From Chloroflexota bacterium (lineage in GTDB: Bacteria > Chloroflexota > Limnocylindria > Limnocylindrales > CSP1-4), in NCBI GenBank assembly GCA_021787395.1, contig JAJYLZ010000001.1, positions 67,967 to 131,966 on the forward strand: a DNA stretch of 64,000 nt. Reading direction: 5' to 3'. The notes under the pieces were generated by a model. That model saw only the letters and a list, made by a program, of their open reading frames with translations. It had not been told where the DNA came from and searched no databases. The position numbers were made by a program, and so were the translations under genes. The stretch's first letter is position 1. The number at the start of each line of letters is the position of its first letter. This document shows, piece by piece, positions 55,501 through 63,863 of the stretch.

Positions 55501-55909
55501 CCGGCCGCTCGGCGTCAGCGCCCTGATCGGCTTCCTGATGCTGATCGGGATCGTGGTCACCAACGCGATCGTGCTCCTCGACCTGGTCGAGCGGCTGCGC
55601 GCCCAGGGCCTGTCCACCCATGACGCGCTCATCGAGGGCGGGCGCACCCGCGTCCGGCCGATCCTGATGACGGCCATCGCGACGATCCTGGCGCTGATCC
55701 CGCTCGCGGCGGGCTTCAACCAGGGATCGATCATCGCCGCGGAGCTCGGCACGGTCGTCATCGGCGGCCTGTTCAGCTCGACCTTCCTGACCCTGCTCGT
55801 GGTGCCCGTCGTGTACTCCCTCGTGGACGGGCTCCGCTCGCGGTTCAGGCGGCCCGGCGCGGAGGACGGCCCATCGGCCGGCCCGTCCGCCGAGCCCGCC
55901 GAGGCCTGA
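52580..55909 (+). CDS. RND-superfamily efflux permease (AcrB/SwrC-like, Gram-positive type)
   Basis: Start at ATG 52580, overlapping the marR stop (ATGA). 1109 aa with a 12-TM RND pattern (MSRLSEFAV.KR.VTLLL..., ..LP.I.LP.ITV...YPGA....E..VT.P.E.., ..VVDDAIVVLENI.RH..). Has a Gly/Ser/Ala/Pro low-complexity insert at about 53321-53535. No membrane-fusion or outer-membrane partner gene is adjacent. Confidence 0.9.
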   Translation: MSRLSEFAVGKRSVTLLLAAALFIAGISAWGSLQQELLPDIQLPVITVIAPYPGAGASDVAESVTKPIERAIGGVPRLDSLSSSSANSISLVIAQFSYGTDVKATQAAIESNLQQAKLPSGVAPQVSALDINASPVIIAAVAAKNGTSLSDAGAIVSKEIQPALLGLEGVASVDVAGGEEQQVVVTLDPAKMAADGVTAAQVTGVLTANNLTVPSGQITGGGLRIPVSTIGALTSVDQIKQLVVGVKLPAGAGSAGGQGGASGQGGASGQSAPSGSPTSSAPAASSAPGSPAASAPAASAAPGASAPAASAPTAAPTPITIADVADVALTGVPTTGYARFDGSPALSISVSKTSTANTVTVADEVTAKLNELGAKHADQIQVTVVNDLSTFIKQSTDGLLHEGLTGAIFAVLTIFLFLFSLRSTVVAAVSIPLSLLTALVIMEVAGITLNIMTLGGLAVAVGRVVDDAIVVLENIYRHRSKGESRLTASINGPREVAGAITAATVTTVGVFLPLGFVGGIVSQFFLPFALTVTFALVASLLCALTVVPVLAFLLIRKVPANVDEDGEPKNSLWIRLYTPTITTALRNRWTKLGVVGVAVLLFLMTGVIAPMLPTAFINAGGEKILQATVAPPSGTSSQAVLDRASQAEQILRGDPMVQHVATSIPGESDTGFQTVVAAQSGLPANSARLTIRLDPSVDLNVYSQKLSDELAPVKTGGWDVAVAQSAGFTSNNLTVVVSGEDPAKVAAANDAVMAALAGNRDLLNLKSDLSKGTPEIEVTPDPNKAILVGMTTAQVAQAVRAMLVPSTATSVTLAGQTTATPVVVQVDPKAVTSVDQLKAIPVGTTTRLPLGQIATVEQVNAQGTITRVDQSPAATISAEITSVDTGKVSQDVQAQIDRLVAAGTIPGGVSVKLAGVTQQQADAFSGLYVSMGVAVLVVYLAMVLAFNSLVTPFIILFSLPLATIGAFPALLLTGRPLGVSALIGFLMLIGIVVTNAIVLLDLVERLRAQGLSTHDALIEGGRTRVRPILMTAIATILALIPLAAGFNQGSIIAAELGTVVIGGLFSSTFLTLLVVPVVYSLVDGLRSRFRRPGAEDGPSAGPSAEPAEA

Positions 55910-56013
55910 GGCGCGCCGCGGCCGGCCCAGCCGCATGCTGCGCCGACCCGTGGCACGCTAGTGGCCCGCACAGCCAGTCGCGCGTCCCGCCGACCCGCCC
56001 AAGGAGGAATGCA

Positions 56014-56454
56014 ATGGCGATCACCCGCTCCGCCGACGTCACCTGGTCCGGCAGCCTGCTCGAGGGCGCCGGCAGCATCGACTACGTGTCCTCGGGCGCG
56101 TTCAGCCGCCAGCCCGTCACGTGGGCCTCGCGGACCGAGGACCACAACGGCCGCACCAGCCCCGAGGAGCTGATCGCCGCCGCCCACGCCTCGTGCTTCT
56201 CGATGGCCTTCTCGTCCCGCCTCGCCAAGAACGGCACGCCGGCCGCCAAGCTGTCGGTGAAGGCCACGATCACGTTCGACAAGACCGACGCCGGCTGGGG
56301 CATCGCCCGGTCCGACATCACGGTCCGCGGCGAGGTCCCGGGGATCGACCAGGCCAAGTTCGCCGAGCTGGCCGAGGACGCCAAGAACAACTGCCCGGTC
56401 TCGCAGGCGCTCAAGGGCAACGTCGCCCTGTCCGTGGAGGCGAAGCTGGCCTGA
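56014..56454 (+). CDS. osmC: OsmC-family peroxiredoxin
   Basis: 146 aa. AAGGAGG RBS. Two conserved Cys motifs (AAHASCFSMA and NNCPVSQA). Confidence 0.9.
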   Translation: MAITRSADVTWSGSLLEGAGSIDYVSSGAFSRQPVTWASRTEDHNGRTSPEELIAAAHASCFSMAFSSRLAKNGTPAAKLSVKATITFDKTDAGWGIARSDITVRGEVPGIDQAKFAELAEDAKNNCPVSQALKGNVALSVEAKLA

Positions 56455-56496
56455 GGCGCCCTCGCCCCGACCGCTGCCCGGAGCCCAACGGCTGCC

Positions 56497-56525
56497 CGAA
56501 GCCCCGGCCCTGCGCCGGGGCTTCG
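56497..56525 (+). terminator. Terminator hairpin after osmC
   Basis: Perfect 11-bp stem CGAAGCCCCGG / CCGGGGCTTCG with a 7-nt loop, 42 nt after the stop. Confidence 0.55.
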
Positions 56526-56583
56526 CCGTGTCCGGGCCGACGCCCGCCGGCCGGGGCGAGCCGCGACGCGCCCTGACATAACT

Positions 56584-56787
56584 CCTTGTCGAAGGCCCGA
56601 TCATCAGACGGACCTTCGCGGGGAGACCGGTTCAGCCCTATCCGGCAGATGACCGTTGCGGCTAGATGCCGGCCCTCGCCCTCTGGCTCACAACGGTGAT
56701 CGGGATCCGGCGGCGCTGACCGGTGATGGATTTCGTCAGGAGACGTGGGGCGGAGACGCGGGGACCCCGCCGGTCGAGGAGGACCAC
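56584..56787 (+). ncRNA. Candidate IS110 bridge (seek) RNA region in the non-coding left end
   Basis: Positional inference only. The IS110 subgroup encodes a structured guide RNA upstream of the recombinase gene. Local stems are visible (GAAGG..CCTTC at 56591-56617, GGCGG..CCGCC at 56749-56771). Confidence 0.3.
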
Positions 56788-57978
56788 TTGGCGACCGTCG
56801 GGATCGACATCGGCGGGCACGGCCACGTCGCCGCGCGTTGTCGGGATGGGCAGGCGAGCGCGGACCGCAGGATCCTCCGGTTGAGCCAGAGCCGGGAGGG
56901 CTTCCGCTCGCTCGACGCCTGGCTCGCGGCCGAGCAGGAGCCCGTCTCGCTCGTCGTGATGGAGTCCTCGGGCCACTACTGGATGCCGCTCGCGGCGCAC
57001 CTCCGGCGCTCGGGCGTGCCCGTGGCGGTGGTCAATCCCCTCGCGGCCCGCTACTTTGCCAAGAGCCGGCTCGTGCGCACCAAGTCCGACCCGGCCGACG
57101 CCCGGAGCCTCGCCGAGATGGCCATGCGCGACACACCAGCGGCTCGCGACCCGCTCGCCGGCGTGGAGGTGCGCCAGGCGGCGAGGTTCGCGATGACGCT
57201 GGTGGCCGAGCAGGCGAAGGTGTGCCAGCGGCTGTACCGGCGCATCGAGCTGGGCTTCCCGGAGCTGCGCGAGGTCTTCGAGGACCCCACGTGCCGGACC
57301 GCGAGGGCCGTCCTCCGGATCGCCCCGACTGCCGCGGCTGCGACCCGCCGGCGAACCGCCACGCTCGCCAACGCGAACGCGGGACCGGGTCGTCGGCGGC
57401 TCGGACACGCCAGGGCCGAGCGGCTCAGGCAGCTCGCGGCAGACTCGATCGCCGTGCCCGAGCTCGACGCGGAGGCGAGCTTCGAGGTCGGGCTCCTGCT
57501 CGACCAGTTCGATCTGCTCGAGCGCCAGATCGAGGCCGCCGAACAGCGGGTCGCAGGTCTGCTCGACGGCGAGCTCGCCCGGCGGCTCCAGACGATCCCA
57601 GGCGTCGGGCCCGCCATCACCGCCACCCTCATCGCCGAGATCGGCGACATCGCCCGCTTCGACGACTTCGACGAGCTCCTCGCCTTCGCCGGCGTCCATC
57701 CGGCCGAACGAAGCTCAGGGCGCAAGGGCGCGAATCCCGAGACCTCCTGGCACATGAGCAAGACCGGCAACAGCTACCTGCGCTCGGCCGCGTACCGGAT
57801 GGCCGTCGTCGGCCTCCAGCACAACCCGGTCATCGCCGCCCACTACGCCCGAAAGCGAGCGGCCGGCAAGAGCTCGATGAACGCGCTCGGTCACTGCATG
57901 CGCAAGGCGCTCAGCATCGTCTGGGGAGTCTGGCGCAGTGGACAGGACTTCGACCCCAGCTGGGGGCGCGAGGCTTGA
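56788..57978 (+). CDS. IS110-family transposase/recombinase (DEDD N-terminal domain + Transposase_20 C-terminal domain)
   Basis: TTG 56788 has GAGGAGG 5 nt upstream. N-terminal RuvC-like motifs (VGIDIGGHGH, VVMESSGHYW, KSDPADAR). C-terminal ..IPGVGP.TA..L.AEIGDI.RF......L.AFAG..P...SSG......MSK.GN..LR.... Confidence 0.9.
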   Translation: MATVGIDIGGHGHVAARCRDGQASADRRILRLSQSREGFRSLDAWLAAEQEPVSLVVMESSGHYWMPLAAHLRRSGVPVAVVNPLAARYFAKSRLVRTKSDPADARSLAEMAMRDTPAARDPLAGVEVRQAARFAMTLVAEQAKVCQRLYRRIELGFPELREVFEDPTCRTARAVLRIAPTAAAATRRRTATLANANAGPGRRRLGHARAERLRQLAADSIAVPELDAEASFEVGLLLDQFDLLERQIEAAEQRVAGLLDGELARRLQTIPGVGPAITATLIAEIGDIARFDDFDELLAFAGVHPAERSSGRKGANPETSWHMSKTGNSYLRSAAYRMAVVGLQHNPVIAAHYARKRAAGKSSMNALGHCMRKALSIVWGVWRSGQDFDPSWGREA

Positions 57979-57994
57979 CAAGAACCTATGGGAT

Positions 57995-58933
57995 CTAGCC
58001 GATCGTCAGCACCCGCCGCGGGTTCGCGACGGTGAGCGCGTCGATCTCCGCGTCGCTGACGCCCCGGTCGCGCAGCCGGGGCAGGAACGTCGTCTGGAGG
58101 TACGTGTAGCCGTTGCCCTCGTAGCGGCGAAGCTGGCTGTTGTGGCACACGTCCTGGCTGAGCAGGATGCGGTCGCCGTAGCCGCGCGACAGCAGGTCCA
58201 GCAGCAGGTCCACCACGCGCGCCTCGCCGTGCTTCTCGGTGGGCTCGAAGGCCATGCCCAGGAAGTCGAACTCGATCGAGGCGCCCCGCTCGAGCAGCCC
58301 GAGGTAGTGGTCGAGCCGCGGGTACGAATCCGAGTGGCCGATGACGATCCGCCCCGGGTCCGCGCCCTCCTCCTCGAGGATGTCCAGCTGGATCGTCCCG
58401 ACCGGCGACTGGGCGGCGTGGGTGGAGATCGCCAGGCCCGTCCGCCGCGACGCCCGGGCCACGGCCCGGAAGACACGCTCCTCGGCGGGGTTGACCCAGG
58501 GCTTGTCGCTGCCGATCTCGCCCAGGATGCCGATCCTGACGCCCGTCTCCTCCACCCCGGCCGTCGCCTCCACCACCAGCTCCTCGGCCAGCTCGTCGGT
58601 CATCCGGCGGTCGATCCGGGCCTCGGGCGGGTAGTACGGACTGCGGTACCAGCCGCCGCCCATCACGATGTTCAGCCCCGACGCCCGGGCGATGGCGGCG
58701 AGCCACGACGGGTCGCGCCCGACCCCCGGCAGGGTGAGGTCCGCCAGGGTGGACCCTCCCGCCTCGCGGAACAGGCGCAGCTCCTCGAGGATCACGGGCT
58801 CGTCGCGGGTGAGCTCCCAGTAGTCGTACCGCCCGGGGATCTGCCACAGGGCGATCTGCGTGTGCTCGTGGGGGAGCGTGAACCCGAGGACCGACGGGTC
58901 CACGGGGCCGAGGACGGTCATGACGTGCGGCAT
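57995..58933 (-). CDS. Phosphotriesterase-family (PTE/PHP-like amidohydrolase) protein
   Basis: Start at ATG 58933 (MPHVMTVLG..). Motifs: metal motif LPHEHT, ..GILGEIG.., ..ISTHA.., ..IGHSD.., ..LSQD... Its stop codon abuts the IS110 right end. Confidence 0.85.
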   Translation of the reverse strand: MPHVMTVLGPVDPSVLGFTLPHEHTQIALWQIPGRYDYWELTRDEPVILEELRLFREAGGSTLADLTLPGVGRDPSWLAAIARASGLNIVMGGGWYRSPYYPPEARIDRRMTDELAEELVVEATAGVEETGVRIGILGEIGSDKPWVNPAEERVFRAVARASRRTGLAISTHAAQSPVGTIQLDILEEEGADPGRIVIGHSDSYPRLDHYLGLLERGASIEFDFLGMAFEPTEKHGEARVVDLLLDLLSRGYGDRILLSQDVCHNSQLRRYEGNGYTYLQTTFLPRLRDRGVSDAEIDALTVANPRRVLTIG

Positions 58934-59006
58934 GCGCCGATCGTAGCCCCCGTGCACCGCCGCGCGCCGACCGCTACGCTCGTCCCACGACGAGAAGGAG
59001 CGCCTG

Positions 59007-59570
59007 ATGGGCCAGCAGCACGGTGAGCCCCTGCGGGGCGATGTGATCGACGGCGGCACCCGCAGCTACAGCTGGGAGTGGACCGACATCGGCGGCCCGC
59101 GCGGCCGCGGCCGGGTGCCGTGGTTCGGCATCTTCCTGGTGGTCTTCGGCGGCCTGCTGCTGCTCCAGCAGGCGCTGCCGGACTTCAAGGCAGCCGGCTC
59201 GATCCTGTTCCTCGCCCTGGGGGTGGCGTTCCTGGTGTCGTGGGCCGTCAACCGCGGCACGGGCTCGCTCTACCTGGGCTCGATCATCACGGCGCTGGCG
59301 GCCCCGGGCCTGCTCGAGGCGGCCGGGGTCGCGAGCGGCCCGGGCCTCGGCACGCTGTGCCTGGGCGTCGCCTTCCTGTTCATCGCGCTCGTCCGCGCGG
59401 CGAGCCGGGCGGGCTGGGGCTGGCAGGCGGTCCTGGGCGTGCTCTTGGTGGCCGTCGGCGGCCCGACGCTCGCCATCCCGGGCATCAGCGACCTCATCTG
59501 GCCGCTGCTGCTGGTGGTCCTGGGCGTCGTCGTGCTGGTCCGCTCATCCAGCCGGCGGCGAACCTGGTAG
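59007..59570 (+). CDS. Hypothetical integral membrane protein (about 5 TM)
   Basis: 187 aa with hydrophobic helices after a short soluble N-terminus. No family recognised. Confidence 0.55.
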   Translation: MGQQHGEPLRGDVIDGGTRSYSWEWTDIGGPRGRGRVPWFGIFLVVFGGLLLLQQALPDFKAAGSILFLALGVAFLVSWAVNRGTGSLYLGSIITALAAPGLLEAAGVASGPGLGTLCLGVAFLFIALVRAASRAGWGWQAVLGVLLVAVGGPTLAIPGISDLIWPLLLVVLGVVVLVRSSSRRRTW

Positions 59571-59577
59571 CGGGACG

Positions 59578-60909
59578 CTAGGACAGCTCGGCGACCGCCG
59601 CGTCCAGGGCCTCGCGCAGGCCGTCCGCCACGCGGGCCAGCTCGTCCCCCGTAATCACGAACGGCGGCCCCAGCAGCACGATGTCGCCGTCGGTGCCGTT
59701 CGCGTTGCCGGTGCCCGAGTAGAGCAGGAGACCGTGCTCGCGGGCGATCCGGAGGACCGTCTCGACCAGCCTCGCCGGGCGCGGGTAGGGCGCCCTAGTG
59801 GCCCGGTCGCGGACCAGCTCCACGCCCACCATCAGCCCGCGGCCGCGGATGTCGCCCACGGCGGGGTGGTCGTCAAGGCGGTCGTGGAGCAGGGCCTGGA
59901 GCTGGGCCCCCTTGACGAGGGAGGCGCCCACCAGCGATTCCGCCTCCAGGATGCGCAGCACCTCGCCCGCCACCGCGGCAGCCGTGGGCTGGTGCGAGTA
60001 GGTGAACCCGTGGGTGAAGCCGCCCCCCGAGCGGATCGTGGCGTGCACCTCACCCGAGGCCGCGGCGAAGCCGAACGGCCAGTAGCCGCTCGTGGCGCCC
60101 TTGGCGGCGACCAGGATGTCGGGGCGCACGCCCCAGTGGTCCACGCCGAACCAGGCGCCGGTGCGCCCGAACCCCGTCATCACCTCGTCGGCGATCAGCA
60201 GCACCCCATGCCGTCGGCAGACCTGCGCGATCGCGGGCCAGTAGCCCTCGGGCGGCTCCACGGCGCCCAGCGAGGCGCCGACGATGGGCTCCGCCACGAA
60301 CGCGGCCACGTTCCGCGGCCCGGCCTCGACGATGGCGGCGTCGAGCTCCTCGGCCAGCGCCTCCGCGCTGCCCAGGGCGTTCGCGCCCGGCTCGCCGGCC
60401 CGGTACGGGTACGCCGCGGACACGTGCCGGAACCGGCCCAGCCACGGCTCGTAGGGCCGCCGCAGCGGCCTGCGCCCCGAAAGGTCGAGGGCGCCGAGCG
60501 TGTTGCCGTGGTAGCTGCTCCAGCGGGCGAAGACCACCGTGCGGTCCGCCTCGCCGCGGGCGAGCTGCGCCGCGCGGGCCATCTTGAGGGCCGTCTCGAT
60601 CGCCTCGGAGCCGCCGCTGACCGGGTAGATCGCCGGCTCGTCCATCGGCAGGCGCTCGCCCACCGCCGCGGCGTACCGCTCGAGCGGCTCGCTCGTGAAC
60701 ACGGACCCGTGGGCGTAGGCGACCCGGGCCGCCTGCGCCGCCATGACGTCCGCCACCTCGCGCCGGCCGTGGCCGATGCCGACGACGATCGCCCCGCCGG
60801 CGGCGTCGAGGTACTCGCGGCCCCCGGCGTCGACGATGGTCGAGCCGTGGGCCGAGGCCGCGACGGGCGGTTCGGGCGAGGAGGCGCGGGCGAAGACGCG
60901 GCCGCTCAT
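59578..60909 (-). CDS. Class-III aminotransferase (aspartate aminotransferase superfamily)
   Basis: 443 aa: ..GIGHGR.EV.., ..SGGSEA.E.A.K.AR.., ADEVMTGFGRTGAWFGVDHW, AAKGATSGYWPFG (PLP lysine). Confidence 0.88.
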   Translation of the reverse strand: MSGRVFARASSPEPPVAASAHGSTIVDAGGREYLDAAGGAIVVGIGHGRREVADVMAAQAARVAYAHGSVFTSEPLERYAAAVGERLPMDEPAIYPVSGGSEAIETALKMARAAQLARGEADRTVVFARWSSYHGNTLGALDLSGRRPLRRPYEPWLGRFRHVSAAYPYRAGEPGANALGSAEALAEELDAAIVEAGPRNVAAFVAEPIVGASLGAVEPPEGYWPAIAQVCRRHGVLLIADEVMTGFGRTGAWFGVDHWGVRPDILVAAKGATSGYWPFGFAAASGEVHATIRSGGGFTHGFTYSHQPTAAAVAGEVLRILEAESLVGASLVKGAQLQALLHDRLDDHPAVGDIRGRGLMVGVELVRDRATRAPYPRPARLVETVLRIAREHGLLLYSGTGNANGTDGDIVLLGPPFVITGDELARVADGLREALDAAVAELS

Positions 60910-61068
60910 CGGGTGCCCGGGCGGCGCGGGGGGTCCAGTCGGTTCACCCGACGATTGTAGGTGGCCGGCGGGCGGGAGCCGGGCAGCGGCGACGGTGCCT
61001 CCCCCGGAGAACCCGACGACCCCGGCGCCCTCAGCGGGCCGGGGTCGTCGGGGCGCGGGAGGAGGGCG

Positions 61069-62268
61069 CTAGACGCGGCCGCGGGGGACGGTCCGCCAGT
61101 AGGTCTTGTTGAACATGATCTTGCCGATGTGCCACAGCTGGCTAGGCTTGGGCGGCCTGGGCGGGTGGTTGTAGTCGAACTGGAGGAGCGTGCCCTTGCC
61201 GTCGCCCACCTCGAAGAAGCACATCACCTTGCCGGTGTAGCTCGCCTCCCTGCCCTCCGGCTCGCGGCCCTGGATCCCGGCGGCGACCCGCTCCGCGATC
61301 ACGGGGGCCTCGAAGTGGGCCGTCGACCCGGCCTTGGACAGCGGCAGGTCGGTCGTGTCGCCCAGCGCGTAGACGTTCGGGTAGCGCGGGATGTCCTCGT
61401 CGGGGGTGCCGGGCGTGGGCTTGGCAACCTTCTTGACCTGGAGCGTGGCGCGGTCCGTGGGCAGCCAGCCCGACTTCGGCGCCAGGCCGCTGTCGATGAG
61501 CACCTGGGGGCCCTTGTGCGGCGGCACGCAGATCAGCAGGTCGTACGGGTGCTCCTCGAAGGCGTCGGTGACGACCACCTTGCGCTCGGCGTCGATCTCG
61601 CTCACGCCGGCGAGGAGCTCGAGGCGGATGCCCTTGTCCTCGAAGATCGGCGTCGCCATGTCGGACACGCTCTCGATGGTGAAGGCGCGGTTGATGGGCG
61701 ACAGGAAGGTGAGCTCGGTCTTGTCCCGCAGGCCCCGCTCGCGGAGCTCGGAGTCGACCAGGAAGGCCACCTCGAGCGGCGCCGGGGGGCACTTGTAGGG
61801 GATGCCCGCGATGCCGATCACGATCCGTCCGCCGCGGAACGCGTCGAGGGCCTGGCGCAGCCTCGCCGCGGCCTCGGGGGTGTAGAAGTGGTGGGCCTCC
61901 GCCTCAAAGTTGGGGAGCTCGCCGGGCAGGATCCGGGCGCCGAGCGCGATGACCAGCTGGTCGAAGGTCATCGTGGCCCCGGAGGCGAGGGTGACGGAGC
62001 GGCCCGGGGCGTCGATGGCGGTGACGGCGTCGATCACGAGCTCGACGTTGCCGTCGAGGAGTGACTTCTCGGGCCTGACCAGCTTCTGGGGCTTCTCGTG
62101 GCCCATCGCGATGTACATGTAGCCCGGCTGGTAGGCGTGGCTGCCGGTGGCGTCCACGACCGTCACCTTGGCCTGCCCGGCCGCGATCTCCCGCTTGAGC
62201 TTGCGGGCGATGAGGTTGGCCGCCAGCGTGCCCCCGACGCCGCCGCCGAGGACCAGGACGCGCTTCAT
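61069..62268 (-). CDS. FAD-dependent pyridine-nucleotide-disulfide oxidoreductase, sulfide:quinone oxidoreductase (SQR)-like
   Basis: 399 aa. N-terminal VLVLGGGVGG FAD motif, PYKCPPAPLE cysteine motif, and ..YALGD.. in the second FAD region. Operon context with TusA/DsrE genes. Confidence 0.8.
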   Translation of the reverse strand: MKRVLVLGGGVGGTLAANLIARKLKREIAAGQAKVTVVDATGSHAYQPGYMYIAMGHEKPQKLVRPEKSLLDGNVELVIDAVTAIDAPGRSVTLASGATMTFDQLVIALGARILPGELPNFEAEAHHFYTPEAAARLRQALDAFRGGRIVIGIAGIPYKCPPAPLEVAFLVDSELRERGLRDKTELTFLSPINRAFTIESVSDMATPIFEDKGIRLELLAGVSEIDAERKVVVTDAFEEHPYDLLICVPPHKGPQVLIDSGLAPKSGWLPTDRATLQVKKVAKPTPGTPDEDIPRYPNVYALGDTTDLPLSKAGSTAHFEAPVIAERVAAGIQGREPEGREASYTGKVMCFFEVGDGKGTLLQFDYNHPPRPPKPSQLWHIGKIMFNKTYWRTVPRGRV

Positions 62269-62275
62269 GGCGGGC

Positions 62276-62521
62276 CTACCGGGTCTTCTCGACGACGATC
62301 TCGTCGTAGCCGTCGCGGGCGAACACGCCGATCAGCGCATGGCCGGCCTTGCCGACCCACTTGGGGATGTCGCTCTTGCTGCCCTTGTCGGTGGACAGCA
62401 CGGCGAGGACGTCGCCGACCTCGGCCTCCTTCATGCCCCGGATGAGCTCCATCAGGGGGCCGGGGCAGAAGCTCCCGCGGGCGTCGATCGTGGTGGTGAC
62501 AGGGGCGGGTTCTGCAGACAT
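62276..62521 (-). CDS. TusA-like sulfurtransferase
   Basis: 81 aa with the CPxP active-site motif ([14 protein letters not shown]). Confidence 0.85.
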   Translation of the reverse strand: MSAEPAPVTTTIDARGSFCPGPLMELIRGMKEAEVGDVLAVLSTDKGSKSDIPKWVGKAGHALIGVFARDGYDEIVVEKTR

Positions 62522-62603
62522 CTCGAAGTCCTTTCCACGGGCGCGGCGGGCGGGGGCGCGGGCGGGACGGCCCGCGCCGGGCTCGCCAAGGAGTGCTGCG
62601 GGG

Positions 62604-63149
62604 CTAGATGAACAGGGCCGAGCTGCCCTCGGAGAGCAGGCCGATCACGGTGGCGGCGCCGACGGGCTCGCCCAGGCCGTCGATCATGTCCTCGCGCTTG
62701 AAGCCGAACATGTCCATGGTCATCTGGCAGGGCATGACCTCGACGCCCAGCATCTGGGCGACCTCGAGCAGCTCGGCCGGGCTGGAGACGCCGTAGCGCT
62801 TCGCGAGCTTGCGCATCATCCACGGCCCCATGCCCAGGAAGTTCATGGTCGAGAGCTTGCGGTGCGCGATGCCCGGGCGCTTCATGGCGGACATCATCCG
62901 CTGCATCCAGTTCTCGCCCGTGATCCGGACGCCGGGCTTCACGAACGAGGGCAGGCCCCAGAAGGTGACGAAGATGCGGGTCTTCACGCCCATGGCGGCG
63001 GCGGTGGAGGCCAGGATCATCTGCGCCCACACCTTCTCGAGGTCGCCGCTGTAGGCGATGATCAGGAAGTCGCGCTGCTTGACCTCGGGCTCGGGCTCGA
63101 CGGCGGGCTCGGGCTCGGTGGCGAGAACGGGTGCCTCTGCGACAGTCAT
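62604..63149 (-). CDS. DsrE/DsrF-like sulfur-relay family protein (long form with acidic EPEP N-terminal extension)
   Basis: 181 aa. ..[34 protein letters not shown].. plus a C-terminal ..[11 protein letters not shown].. cysteine region. Confidence 0.75.
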   Translation of the reverse strand: MTVAEAPVLATEPEPAVEPEPEVKQRDFLIIAYSGDLEKVWAQMILASTAAAMGVKTRIFVTFWGLPSFVKPGVRITGENWMQRMMSAMKRPGIAHRKLSTMNFLGMGPWMMRKLAKRYGVSSPAELLEVAQMLGVEVMPCQMTMDMFGFKREDMIDGLGEPVGAATVIGLLSEGSSALFI

Positions 63150-63158
63150 CGTGAGCCC

Positions 63159-63383
63159 CTACTTCTTGCGCATGACGAAGCGGAACACGCCGCCATCCGT
63201 CGTCTGCTCGATGATCTCGTTGCCGGTTGTCTTCGACCAGGCCGCGAAGTCCTTGACGGACCCGGGGTCGGTCGCGAGCACCTCGAGGGTCTGCCCCGAG
63301 GCGAGGCCCTTGACCGCCTGCGCCGTCTTGACGATCGGCATCGGGCAGTTCAGGCCCCGGGCGTCCACCGTTGCGTTGGCCAT
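63159..63383 (-). CDS. TusA-like sulfurtransferase
   Basis: 74 aa with the motif DARGLNCPMPIVK. Confidence 0.88.
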   Translation of the reverse strand: MANATVDARGLNCPMPIVKTAQAVKGLASGQTLEVLATDPGSVKDFAAWSKTTGNEIIEQTTDGGVFRFVMRKK

Positions 63384-63426
63384 GGTGTGTGCTCCCTGTG
63401 GTGCGGCACCGCGCCGCGCACGCTAC

Positions 63427-63840
63427 CTAGATGAAGACGATCTGCCCCTCGCCCGCGTTGAGGTAGAAGGCGGTGACGCCCTCAACCCCGTCGACGAGTG
63501 GGTCCAGGTCCTCCTCCTCGAGATGGAGGAGGTCCATCGACAGCGAGCAGGCCTGGATGTCCACGTCGCCCAGCTCCTTCGCCTGGCGGAGGGTCTCGGC
63601 CCAGCTGGCCTGGCCCGCCCGCGCCAGCGCGTCCACGGCGGCCCGTCCCTCGTCGCCGGCCTCCGGGGCGAGCCCGTGGTCGCGGCCGATCTTGGCCTTG
63701 GTGAACGCGTCCAGCGCCCAGTACTGGAGGAACAGGTTGACCTTCCTGCCCAGCGCGGCGGCGCCGGCTGAGAGCACCGCGACGGCCTGCAGCTTGTCGT
63801 CAGTGCCGGAGAACACCACCAGGTTCAGGCTGTCGTCCAC
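63427..63840 (-). CDS. DsrE/DsrF-like sulfur-relay family protein
   Basis: 137 aa. ..LNLVVFSGTDDKLQAVAVLSAGAAALG..V.LFLQYWAL.. and ..IQACSLSMDL... Confidence 0.75.
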   Translation of the reverse strand: MDDSLNLVVFSGTDDKLQAVAVLSAGAAALGRKVNLFLQYWALDAFTKAKIGRDHGLAPEAGDEGRAAVDALARAGQASWAETLRQAKELGDVDIQACSLSMDLLHLEEEDLDPLVDGVEGVTAFYLNAGEGQIVFI

Positions 63841-63863
63841 GGGTCGATCCCCTTACTTCCTGG

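Larger units (their letters stand above)
56575..57994 (+). mobile_element. IS110-family insertion sequence (boundaries approximate)
   Basis: Single DEDD-type transposase gene, an about 200-nt non-coding left end, at most 16 nt of right end, and no obvious terminal inverted repeats (typical for IS110). GC drops locally from about 56575. The dinucleotide CT is present at both candidate junctions (56582-56583 and 57995-57996). Confidence 0.7.

Noticed and set aside
53432-55936. 834-aa minus-strand ORF opposite the RND permease gene
   Set aside because: It is antisense to a 12-TM RND protein and is Arg/Asp/Gly/His low complexity.
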